Positions 34,101 through 46,131 of a DNA stretch of 49,259 nucleotides are shown here, piece by piece. The DNA comes from Perkinsus olseni (lineage: Eukaryota). The notes under the pieces are model-generated. The model made no database searches and was not told where the DNA came from. It saw only the letters and a list, made by a program, of their open reading frames with translations. Made by a program: the position numbers and the translations under genes. The stretch's first letter is position 1, and each line of letters opens with the position of its first letter. The stretch covers positions 1 to 49,259 of the forward strand of contig JABANN010000232.1 in the NCBI GenBank assembly GCA_013115125.1, in the 5' to 3' direction.

Positions 34101-37100
34101 CCGAAGGTGGTGATCGGCATCGCGAAGTAGTAGTTGAAGCCATCGACCTTCACTATACGACTCGACGAGCACGCGAACTCGGGGATATCTTCAGTGCTGG
34201 CAGCTCCCAGGTCGCCCAGAGCCGAAGCCCACAGGCAGCTCTCCGTCCACGTGCCAGTCACCGACTCTCTCAACTGTATTCGGAATGAAGCAGACCGGTA
34301 TGTGAACCTCAAGTGCACGATATCCACCGCGAGGGTAGCGCCTAGGTCGATGTCTAGGTGGAAGTCAGCGATGTCCGAGACGGCACCAGTAGCGGAAACA
34401 CCAGTAGCAGCGAGGTAAGATGGCTGCCTTGCACCGTACGGTACTCGAAAGTCTGTATCATCATCACCGTCTATTGCATGCTTCGGCTCGCCCCGAGCCA
34501 CTGAGGCACCGCTAACGGTCTCCGACGTCGACCACGTGCCATTGGCGACGTAGTTGTAGGTGGGGTCCAGGCCCAGGACGAGGTTCGTCGTTAGACTATA
34601 GACTCTGATCTCCAGTACACCGGCGTTGGATACGTCCGCGTGTGGCTCGTACAGCAGGAACTTCACTTGATCGATCGGAGCGTCCGACTTGTATGTGAAA
34701 GCGTCGGGATGGCTGGCCAGGTTCTGAGTCTTGGAGTAAATCTCTCTAAAGGAAAGACCGCTATCGGTCGAGACGAGCCAGCTGAACGCTCGAGCCGGAT
34801 AAGTCGCGTCAAGAATAACTTCAAAACGGCCAAGGGAAACTCCTCCTGCTGTGAAGGCTGCCAGGTCCATCACAATTGCATCCGAGAAGCCCATGTCGAA
34901 GGTGGCATTCGTCCGGTTGTCGACAGCTACAGAGGGGTCACCGCATGATGAGAGTGTACGCTCGTTGGTACAGGTGAGATTGAAGGGATACACCAGGTGG
35001 CTGAGGACGTTGGTCGGTGTCCAGCCATAGACCTCAATTTCGGCGACTTGTAGTACGGACGAGGAATAATAAGGCGCGCCTTGTGACAGGAACAACTGAA
35101 GGTACTGCAAGGCCAGGCCGCCGGAGACATGGTCGAAGGGCAAGTCCATGCTCTGGAGAGTTGATGCTGAAAAAAAGGGTATCGCGAAGGGTAGCAGCAG
35201 CGACAACCCACCTGTATCACAAGTGCTCGTCGAGCAGTTCAATGAAGACCAACTCACACCATCGTCGCTATGAGAGAGGGTGATTACGCCGGGGACATAG
35301 CCTTCCCTGAATCTCACTCGAACCAAGGTCACCGGATTGTGTACTTGGCCGAGATTCACTCGCACCCACGCCGACTCCTGGCCAGGCTTGGCGCTCCACC
35401 AGGTCCGGTGGTCGCCGTCGAAGGCGTAGACAGCAGGATAGTTCCATCGGTTTACCGAAGTCACAGGCTTCAGTCTAGCGATGTTAGTGTCGAGTTTGAC
35501 GTCAACTTCCCTTATGCTATAGACGAAAAGATTGGCGCTCGGCCCAGGCCCCCGGACCGTAGCTGCCTGGTGCATCCTGATCCGAAGCCTATCTGCAGTG
35601 AAGAACACCGTACTGGTCGTGGTGTTGAGGTTATTATCCTCGTACGCTTCTATCAACGACCAGGTAGAGCCGCCATCTGCGGTAACCTCAATGTCGAAAT
35701 CGAGGGCTCGATGGAACCAATGTATGACCGTCGCCTCGGCATAGATAGTGCCGTTGAAATGGACCTCCCACTCGGCCTCGAACACCCGAGCATCGCTGAC
35801 CTGGCTGGACCAGTAAGTACTCATGTCGCCGTCAACAGCCATCTCCGACGTGTACGCTTCGCTCCACTCCGACGTCACAATCGAGGTAGTAGAATTCTTC
35901 ACGCCCAGATTGGTGACCTTCTCGCTGCCGTTCACCGTGACCCAAACCTCGAGGGTCTTGTCCTGCAACTGACCCCAGTCGGGCGGCAACGGGTCAGTGT
36001 ACGCCCACTGTTTCTGTGTCTTGTCCAGTATCATCGCACCATCTACCACAGGGGCGCCGTTCTGAATATGGCAGCCTACCCCGGAACCCAGGGAGTCGTG
36101 GCAGCCGGTCGTGTCGTTGAAGACAAACCTCGCCAGTTTCGTGTAGCACTTGTCTCTACTAGTGAGCTCACAGATGGCGTTGATGCACTCTAGTTCGTCA
36201 TACCACACGCTGTTGTTGATCGCCGAGAATCGCGACAGCACTTGTGAAGGCATACTGTCCATCGCCAGCAGATTGGGGGCGCATACCGCACCAACCTCAG
36301 TGAAGTCTCGGCCAGGGCATTCGGTCAAAAAATGCGTCGCGACACCATTGAAGAGTTCAGTGGCATTCTCGAACAGCGGGGGAAGAGTGACGGCCAAGTC
36401 TTGGCATGTTGTCCATGGATCCCTGCCAGCGTTGATGGCGGAGTAGGCGCACTCCTTCAGCTGATTCCTGTAGAAGTAGTTCAGCTCGAGCCTGAACAAT
36501 TCAGAGGGAGATCAGGTGGACAAGCCAGACTAGACCGATAACTACATTTTGGGCCCGGCGAACATGCAAGTTCCGCAGCTCTGGCCAGCGGGCCAATGTA
36601 GGAAGGCCGCTCGAGTCGGCGGACCGCACTGGTACTTGCAGAACTCCGCGTCGTAGAGGGCAAGACACTCGAAACATTCCTGACATACCAGGGCTGCCTG
36701 AGGGTATGCTTCAACCTTGTTGCTGCCATTACCATTCTACACATGGGTAAACGCTGGTATAATGAGTTGGGCATTTCGGCGAGCAGATGCTATCGTGTAT
36801 ATACTATAGCAGACAACCTGGATCACGAGAGCGGCAAAATCCCACCTCCCTCGTTCTCTGCAGCGTCCTCAACAAGAAGACATCATGCGACTGTATTTGG
36901 CCTCGAATGTTCAGGTAGCTGTTGGCATTATCTCCCATGTCGTGGCAGTCACACGTGTCGCCCTTGATCTCTCCATCGCTCACCTCGCCCCCATCACGGG
37001 TCCAGCTCAGAAACCTCGGCTCGGGACTGATCTGGACCATGCGCATTGAGCTGAGAAGCAACGAGCACAACCTCACCTGCGGCTTGGTCGGGTTGCCAAT

Positions 37101-40009
37101 CCGGTACACCTGATAGGCCGTACTGCATATCCCCGCCTTGTAGATGAAGCCACAATGGCTGTCGAATTTACACCCTGAAGGCTTAGGGCTTGCCCACAAT
37201 CCCTCCACCATCAAAGCTCACCCCTGCAAACCGAATGCCGCTGATACTGCATCAATGGTCGCCCCTCACTGAGGCTTCCGACCCGCGGCATGACCCTCCA
37301 CGGATCCGCCGTGGCCGAGAAGGACGAATCGAGGGCATCCCAAGTCATCTGCGAGGCCTCCAGGCACGTACAGGTAAAGCCATACCTGGCCCCGCACCGC
37401 TCCTGGTGGAATACCGAGTACATGTCCTGTATGGCGAAGACCCGAGTACAGTAGTCGCAGTCACACTGGGCGAAGTAGAGACGGTAAGGGTTGTAGCGAT
37501 GCTCCATCACACAATAGCGGAAGAGCGAGCGCTGCTTGAAAGACACCTGAAGAGAAACATGAAGAAGCGCTCTTTTCTCGGACAGGAATCGGCGCCGGGT
37601 TGGAGCAGCGCCCGCCGACTTGGAAGTACATATCCCCAGGCTAGGGACCCCAGCTATTTATTCAGCGACACTTTAATGATCTGAGAGAGCTCACCAACTA
37701 TCTCAAAGTTCCTATTGAAGATCCACCGCGCACTCGTCGTATACGGTAACGAAAGTCTTCCGCGGCGAGAAGACCTCAATTCGCAATAAACGTCGAAGTT
37801 CCCCTAGGCAACTAGGAGGCTACGGAAAGGCTTACCGTTCCAACGCCCTGGGCTATATTCAGCAGATGCTCATCCTCAATCTTAACACTCCTCGTGCCAT
37901 CCTGACTCGTGATGACCAGAGCCGCCAGGGTGTTAGTGTAGCGGAACTCCTTTTGGCAGCCCAGAAAATAGGGATGGATATGGTCCCACTCCAGGAGACC
38001 ATTCCGGCACGGCCGACTTCGGAAGGACTTCGTGATCACGGTCTCGTCGTTGGCGGCGTCCGCAGCAACGGGTGCAACACCAGTAGTATTCAAGAGCAGC
38101 GCATCAGAGTACATGGCAGAGACCTCCACCGCTGTCCGACCAATGTTCTGGATAATGAGCGAACAGTGCCTGCAAAGGGGCATTCAATAGCGCGCCATTT
38201 GACAACATCCATTTGTGGCATCAACAGAAAAAGTTCACTATATACAACACTTACCCACACCCTAATGCGCATAGTAGCTAAAGTCCACAGCCACTACCCG
38301 CAGGCTGGCACAAAGACGATACCGACGGGAAAGGGACATTCAGCATAGCTTACGTGTTCCCAATGGAGCCAGTGCACGTCTGGCGGGTCTCCAGTGGGCG
38401 GTGCTCGTTATCACACACCGCTATTCCCTTTGATACCACACCTTTCCGTCCCTCCCCGCTCACAGCACCAACCACCTCAGCATAGTCCCCGCCCGGGCAC
38501 CTGTCGTGTGTCTTCAACTTCCAACTCAATATCGTTGGAGCCGCGAACTGCTCAAAGCCCGTGGCCGCTACGAAGCCGACCCATGCATGACCAGGCCTGG
38601 GCTCGTCGTCCCCTTTAGTGAAATTTGGATGCTCGTAGGTCGATACACCGTCCACTCGGACGACCTTAGCCAGGTCAACCAGTGTGTTGACGACTACTTG
38701 GCCGTTGATCTCGACACTGAGTGCCCCGAGGCGGCCGTTGACCCAGTTCTCCAGAGTATGGAGCGGCTGACTCCCACCAATGAAATCGCTAGACCAGGCA
38801 GTGAAGGACCTGTCCCACCTCGGTTCACCATCTTGAACATCGTAGCGTATCTTAACTTGATGCGTGCCATTGTTGAGTCGCGGGAGGCGGTCCCCAGTAG
38901 CCTCGGCCAGCATGTTGACGACGTGGTCAGCCGAGTTGGCCGTCTCGCCCTCATTGGGTTGCTTAGCCCAGGGTACCATCACCGCCACATGATTCCAGTT
39001 GGGGTCGTTAGAGGTGGCATCAAAGTAGAAGTCAAACTCAACAGCAAGATTCCGGGCGAAGCTGTAGCCGAGCTGACTGGCATCCGAACCGGATATCTTC
39101 GCTTCTAGTGACTGTGGGTTACCCTCGTTCTGGATCACAAAGGCGAAGCCTCGGCCGCCCTGGGGCATGCACCAGCGGCGGCCCTCGCTGGTCGGGGCTG
39201 ATATTGGACAGTACTGCGAAGCGTGGAGTACTGTAAAATAGAAGGTGGTCTCGAAGCCGTAGGCAACGGCCTGCTTCTGTCTGAAGAATATTCCTCCATA
39301 TCTGTCTGGCTTGGGGGGCACTAGCCTCGCACCATAGACGCATATCTGGGAAGGCAACCACACATCAGGACGAGCAGGGCAGATTTGCCTGGTGGGAAGA
39401 CGGTCTGATCTGTTCCCACCTGGCGCCTAGAATGAGGCAGAGGTTCCATCCCTGCATCTGGCACCCAGTCCGTCGTACGGCATACGTAGGTATAGGATTT
39501 ATTCACGACTCTCCCCGCTTGGGAGCTATCCAAGTAGGCGAAGGCATTTGGGTGGGTCGGTGGACACGGGCCTTGGTAGATGTTGATCTGCCGGGGGGCC
39601 TGTGTCCGGTCCGTCCTGAGGGTGAGCCATGGACACACTTTAGAAAAGGAGATCTCCAATGCGGCGACAGTAAGACAAGGAGCAGCATGAAAACCACGGC
39701 CTCACAGCCCTACCGCAGCTGACGGTAACGAAAGTAGTCCGGAGACCTTGGTTCAGTCTGGGAGTTGTCCAATAGATTGGACGACGCCACGCTGCTGCAG
39801 ACCTCCTCTGGGAACTCCATCGAGTAGAAGCCAATCTGATACGACAGTTCGTAAAGGCACAGTGGAAGCACAGCAAGGAGCACCTCCGCATCTAACAGGA
39901 TGTGCATGCTAGTGATAGCTCCAGTAGGGTCGGTGACAAATCGGTCAATGTCAATATCGCCACGAATACCCAGAAGGGCCGTCAGCGTGGAAGACAACCG
40001 TAGAATCAT
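28186..40009 (-). CDS. Giant secreted multi-lectin protein: legume-type lectin, expansin-like segment, Cys-rich region, LamG-like domain, about 12 F5/8 type C (discoidin) repeats, C-terminal EGF-like domain
   Basis: N-terminal MILRLSSTLTALLGI. L-lectin motifs GFETTFYF, GFAFVIQN, LAVEFD, NHVAV, AWVGFVAATG (38500-39300). Repeated A(V/I/F/L)DG..T.W and I.E.EV discoidin motifs (29400-35930). LamG motifs DKTLEVWV and VHVVAVF..TITLYRNG. C-terminal CSGQGVC...CTCIPGYSG, stop TGA 28186-28188. Confidence 0.8.
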
Positions 40010-40075
40010 GAGGGAGGGAGCGAAACTGCGGTCCTCGAGCTAGGATCAAAGCAGCTCACTCTGGCCATGCGAAGT

Positions 40076-41421
40076 CTACCCACCACCCAGACGTATGCCA
40101 TCCAGCTGAATTTCGAAGCACAACCGACGCAGTGAGTATGAGAAACATCGTACTACCCCACACGAACATCGTAGCTGGCCACAGAGGTACCTATACAAGG
40201 ACCCTGTGCTTACCAGCCAAGGGTGCCGCGCCTTATCACCTAGAAGGGCGTGGCCGCTCCGGTTGGCCCAGTCAATCTGACTCTCCCGTTCGACAAAGCC
40301 GCTGACCTCCAGCCGCTTCACAAGTCTCCCCAGCACACCGCTGGACAGGTCCCCGATGATCTTGCCCAGCCCTTCGCCGACATACCATCCCCTGCCCGCA
40401 ACGCATAGGTTGGGCAGGGTGGCAACCCGCAGACGGTTGAATTCGAGGAGGCCCTGGCTGTAGCCCAGAGGGAACGACGGCCATGCGTTGTGGCTCATCT
40501 CGCTATACTCAGGTTGTTGAGATATACCCAGTATCTGAGAGAGAAAGCCTTCACGAGCACCTCAGCGCCAGAATTCAACTAAAGTGGGCCCCGAACGTTC
40601 GAGGACGGGGTAGATCCTTTGAGGGATCGAGGAGTAAGCGGAGAGTTTTTTCCGCAGTGGAAGGACAGCTGAGTGGACCGAGCTGCTTGGCTGGTTGGGC
40701 GATGTGCTGTTGGCCGTGACACCAACAAGAGCAGGAGAAGGGTTGCACAGGTTATGGCAGTAGTACCTTGAGAGCATGGCCCTGCAGCTCTTCCCTCGCG
40801 CACCCCTTTCTGGCATACGCAGTGACCTTCGTACCGTAGTCAGGATGATGCACTCGGGAGAATATCTCCGAGGCAAAAGAAAACCCGAAAATCCTGAGAA
40901 CACCACCGTGGCCTTCCCTCTCATCGACAGCGATAGTAATCCCTAGCAGACGGCCACAGTTTGTGGAGGCCTACCCGCACTCATCCCCGTTGTTGACTCC
41001 AGTCCAGACCCCCGCATTCCCCTTAAACGGCTTCCGCAGGACGTCCTCTTCACGCCAGTAGAGGTCCAATACGTCCACCTCGTTCTCCGCACTGAGCGCC
41101 TCAACTGCAGCTTTGGTCAGCCCCGGTAAGCTGGGTCCGACCAAGGGCAGCACCTCCTTGGGCGACATGACCGCGACTACTGCCTGCGACTCCGGCCCAC
41201 AGAGAGTAGCAAAATCAGAGGGACTCAGGGGCTGCTGGCCTCCCTGCCTCGAGATGCTTGGATTCCCCTCTATGAACCTAAACTCTATCGATGCATTCGA
41301 CCCTGGCTCGCTCGACTCTGCACATCAGACATTCATACGGTAACTCACACTCGACAGAGCACCTCACGAACCCCGCGAGGGAGCCATCGCTCGTTGTACG
41401 CGTTAAGAGATTGGTGTACAT
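40076..41421 (-). CDS. Hypothetical multi-exon protein; boundaries uncertain
   Basis: Consecutive minus-strand ORF pieces (FRFIEGNP..., VLDLYWREEDVLRKPF, YYCHNLCNP, GLLEFNRLRV) separated by short GT-AG intron-like gaps. No domain recognised. Confidence 0.45.
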
Positions 41422-41599
41422 TACACGCGCTATATGAGAGTTCTTCCAACCGGCAACCCATGAGTCGCAACGAGAGGCTGTTGTCTACCGCTTCAAGTCC
41501 TCCTCCAGTCTGCTGTTGCCTCCAGCTACAGTCCAGACTCGGCCCCCTGTAGCAATAGATCTTTGCAGGAACTCTCCGACGTCAACCGGCAGGTCGAGT

Positions 41600-42502
41600 T
41601 TACGATCCCCACTGGGCGCTGCGGTACTCGGCCGCAACGTGTCGAGGAATGGTCCCTAGAATGGCCAGATGTCCTCCGATATCGAGAGGCCTCAACTCAC
41701 CCAAAGGACAGACCTCCGCCAGCACTCGGTCGTGTGGGCATGAGGGACGCAACTCCGTAGACTGACTTCCTCTGCTGGGGCCCCGCATTGTGACGCCGCG
41801 AAGACATCAGCGAACCTCCGCGATGCCGATCTCGAGAACCGGCGACTGATCTACAGCGAGAAGATCGGAAACACCTAGTCAAAAGTGGGGAGCGGAGCCT
41901 CGGTGAGGGCTACACGATGAGAAGTGAGAGATCGCCGAGCCAGGAGAAGGGACCGGATCCCCGCTTACGAAGGCCTGTATCGACTCGTCCCGGCCCAGGG
42001 GTCCCTTCCGCCAGAGGGGCTCCAGGACGCACTCGGGCGCATAACGTATGGAGTCGACGAACTTCGGTATTTGGGTGAGGGAGTTGAGGGTCTTGCCGAT
42101 CAGCCAGCGGCTGGAGTTCTCTATATGACCGGGTATGATATCAGAGTCCGGTACCTACAGGGTCGGCAGTGAAGCATACCACTCCTTCCCCGCAAATACC
42201 AACTATGGCAGCAGCCAACGCGTTCTCACGTCCAGCAGTTTGAGTAGTTGCAAGCACTCATTCCGACCATGCAGCTTGCTGGAACGGAACTCGCAGCCGT
42301 GGCCGACCGGTCCGCTCTCACTCGGCACTTCGAACATTTCTACCCGACCTCTCGGCAAAGCCTCGGCCAACAAGGCTGCGGCTGCCATGCCCGGCAGCCG
42401 ATGGGAGGCAGAGGCCACTACCCTCACTAAAGGATATGGTGCCATGCGAAGTGCAAAAACTGAGAGGAGGCCTAGACCCCCCGACGACCCCCACCCCTCC
42501 AT
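41600..42502 (-). CDS. Hypothetical multi-exon protein; boundaries uncertain
   Basis: MEGWGSSGG...LLKLLD exon spliced to VPDSDIIPGHIENSSRWLIGK...IQAF and further exons ending AQWGS-stop. Confidence 0.45.
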
Positions 42503-42567
42503 CAGACTGAACACAAGGCTGATGATACAGTGATGAAAACACCGAGGCGTGTGCAGGCATGGAAGGG

Positions 42568-45500
42568 TTATTCAGAGCTACTCACAGATCGCTTCCGATA
42601 AGACCGCTGCGAATCGGTCGGAGCCCGGCGGTCCAGTAGAACCAGATTCATCTCCTTCAGAGAGAGCTCCTTCGTTACGACCTCCCCCTCGGACCCGTGG
42701 ACAGTCACGAGTACCTCACAGGAGGGAAGTCCTCTTCCCGTCAACTTCCACTCGGCCCCTACGGTCCACCGAGGAGGCCCCTCGGCTGTACTAATTGGGC
42801 CGCTGTGGACCACGCCATCGAGTCCATTGTATCTAAGACCCGTAACCCAACATTCCCCCATGGACATATCGGCGTCTCGCGACCTACTCGAGCCGTCTCA
42901 GTCCCATCAGCCTGACCCTCGCACCCACGTACAGCGGCACCTCAGTCGACGAGGGCTGCACTACCGGAGCCACCTCATTGTACCGGGAATATATACCTGC
43001 TCCGAGGACGATGGCCCAGGCCACGTGACAGGTAGCCCGACCCCTGGGTAACCATCGACGGATGACCTCCATCCACCCGCCCGAAGACTGGCCCTTCTCA
43101 CCATTCTCGTACCTGCCATGACGAGAGTGGCAATCCCACTCGGCAGGAGCCTCAACCTCCTCGACAGACGCCTCCGTCTTTTGATGATGTACCCGCCTCC
43201 GCCGGCCAGCAAGAGAACTCCTACCACTGCGACTACCACTGCCACCACCTGAGCAGCTTACATCTACTCCAGCAGTACCAGACACGGCCCTACAGCCCCA
43301 CTGCCACCGCCGTCATCGTCCTCTCTCGAGCCTGGGTCAACATTTCCGTCAAGAGCAGCTGCTGTTGGGCCCCGCGTGACGTTCACCCAGAGCGTATCGG
43401 GAACATCGACCCCATGCACTGCGACCTACCCTCAACACACCATCCCTTCCATCGCTGCTCCTCTGCCGAAAACCTCACCAGCGTCCTTCTGAAGTCCGTG
43501 AGGAACTGCCTTGCCACAGCCGTATCAATCCTGATCGCCGAGAGCCACCTTGTAGCCGCGAGTCTTCGACTTTGATAGAACGTATCGATGGCTACCACCG
43601 CCAAGAAGGCTCCAGCTGGCAGCTAAAGACAGAACAGCCACGTCGGGTGCATCCGGTCGGGCAGCCTCCCGGCGCTACTGTCCCTTCCAAGCCAGCATCA
43701 GGTGGCCTTGTCGTCCCGACTACTGGTGCTCGACTGCCTCCCTCACACGAGTCACAAGTAACCCTGCATGCTCTCTGCATCAGTTCCCCCATGAGAGGGT
43801 CATCACAGGCGGCCGGTACTCCTATCAACTGGACTGTAGCTACGCAGGTATCCAGCAGAGCCCCTCCGAGCGTCAACTCCGACTCCTGCACTAGGTACGC
43901 ATCCTGGTCTTCGCACAGGCCAGAGTCGAACAGCAAGGGACGAGCAGTGGATACGGAGGTGGTCTGATGAGATGAAGGGCCCCTTCAGAGAAGCGTAATC
44001 GACGGACGCCCCTCACCGTAGCCACGGTCTGGCTACTCGATGACGTTGTAGTGGTAGTAGCAACTGGACTGAGCAGTGTAATAGAGCTCGACTCAGTCGA
44101 ACTTCTCATTGCTGTTGTTCTCGTTGTTGCCATCGCTGTTGTTCTCGTTGTGATGGCCATACTCGCCGGAGTACTCGTCATAGCAGTAGGTGAAGGCGTA
44201 GAAGTAGCCATCACCATCGCTGTTGAAGGGGAGCTCGAGGTGGACGGTGCAGACGTAGCTGATGACGTAGTCCGCGCTGTACTACCAGTGGTAGCGGCAG
44301 TCGTGGCCGAGGTAGCACTAGGCGCAGGCCCGGCAGTGGTAGTAGTAAGGCCCTGCAGCTGCCGGGCCTGCCTTTCCTCTACACTCACCTGTACCAACAA
44401 AACTTTTCTGTATACGAGTACCATGTACCACCGTCCCGACTTACCGTAGCTGGATCTGAGATCTCGAGCCCTTCCACCACCACATCTTTGACGGCCGCAA
44501 GTATATTCTGGGGACCCACGGCCTCTAGGCGACCGTAGATGGTCAACTCCGCTGTGACTCGGGCCCGCTCGGGAGTGTCAGGCCTGGCCGTAGTGGTGAG
44601 GATGGCCCACATGTCGAACGGTGTTGCCGTCGTCGTTGGGCCGGCCGGAAAGCAGCTCTCGGCGACTAACGCGTTGGAGGAGAGGGCCACCGCTGAGGCC
44701 CCCTCTGGCAGCCGAACGGTCACCAGCCCAACTTCTCGCCATACTGCTGCCTAGAGGAAGCCACTCGACTCACCACATCCCGACAACTATCACCTCTTCC
44801 TCATCGCAATCGATATTGCAATGACACAGCTTGAACTCGCCACACTGGGACACCGACACGCCGTCCCAACGATGCCAGAACTCGGCCTGTGCGGCTGGCG
44901 GTGTATCCCCGAGAGGGTAGAAGGAATCATGGTCTTCGTCCTGAAAAGCGACGACACCCTCTACTTGTAATCTACCTGGCCGTACAGAGAGTCCCTGCAG
45001 CCCGTCCACTACCATTTGCTCCCAGTGCAAGCCCGCAACGCCCCGTATCTGTTGCCCTTTACAGTCCCCTGTGCGTTCTACTAGCTTCAACCTAGATCCT
45101 CCTCCCCCAGCCAGTCCCACTCCAGTGAGCTCAACATCAAAGACCTCCGATAACTGGCACGACCCATACACAGCTACTAAATGCGAAGACACTCACCTCC
45201 ACTGTGAGGTTCCGATAGAGGCCAGCGTCCCTGCCCAGCTCGAAGGGCCCACCGCTGAACTTCCTGAAGTACTCCTCATAGCAAGTACAGTGGCAGTCAT
45301 GGCCGCTGGCCACCGCCTGTTGGCAGGACAGCTGAGCAGCACCGTGTACTCGATCCCAGCAGCCCAGACCGTCCTTCCCGGCCGCCTCCTCTCGACGGCA
45401 TCGCGAGCTGCATTCCCCAAAAGTGTCACCACACGTCTCAGGACAGAACTCCGCCACAGGAACGGACAGCTCTCCCTCTTGAGGCCGCGTGCATCCATAC

Positions 45501-46125
45501 CAACTTTTCGCCGAATCGCAGCTCCCAGTACCCTCGAAATTAACGTATACAATAGACAGCAGCCCCGAATGGTCCGGACATCCTCTCAGACACGCCGACA
45601 TACTCAGGCTCATCTGATCAGGCGGCGTGCACCCTGGCACCCAATTACACGGGTAATCTTCATTAAGGCAGTTGCTAGCAGTAGCACAGGCGTATGGTGG
45701 GAGCTGGTCCTCACAGCCCATCAGGCAATGAGCAGCATCATCACCCGGGCACCGCTGGGTGTGACTAAGCACGCATTTCTTCGATACATGGGAGCACACT
45801 AGCGGGATGGTATGGGTGGCGTTGGTGAAGACAGAACACTGGTCATCAGACAGGCATCTAAAATCGTACGAGATCTCGAGAGGAGACGAGCCCCAGTCCG
45901 GGCCCGGAACCCTCCTACTACCGCTCACATTCCTTCAGAGACTGCATCGCTACATTCGCGCAGGTGCTGCTGTTCTGTCCGGCTGCAAAAGGCAAGGATA
46001 ATACCACGAGGGCAGCAGGGGGCGGCCGCATCACCACAGCAGAGCTGACGTTGATCCCGGACCATTATCGCAGTACTCAGAGCAACACAAAAACCCCAAG
46101 GGACGCCAAGATTCTGACAATACAT
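42568..46125 (-). CDS. Type-I membrane surface protein: Cys-rich/ShKT-like domains, Thr/Ser mucin stalk, one TM helix, small beta-barrel-like cytoplasmic domain
   Basis: CPD...FCPETCG and CEDQD...ACRVTCDSC ShKT-like spacings. Thr/Ser-rich run at about 44030-44350. TM VAVVVAVVGVLLLAGGGGYII followed by KRRRR at about 43170-43250. Tail VGARVRLMGL...YNGLDGVV...LSLKEMNL. Confidence 0.7.
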
Positions 46126-46131
46126 GGACAA

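Noticed and set aside
35270-36193. 307-aa plus-strand ORF and similar antisense ORFs (27102-27911, 38506-39108, 45071-45802, 45964-46629)
   Set aside because: They are shadows of well-supported minus-strand exons and carry no motifs.
40076-43600. Possible retrotransposon, suggested by fragmented ORFs
   Set aside because: No RT, RNase H, integrase or zinc-knuckle motifs; the breaks fit short introns.
44015-44033. ACCGTAGCCA..CTGGCT resembling the spliced-leader 5' end
   Set aside because: It is antisense to a coding exon boundary (SSSQTVAT), lacks the CAAG-GT end, and is likely chance.
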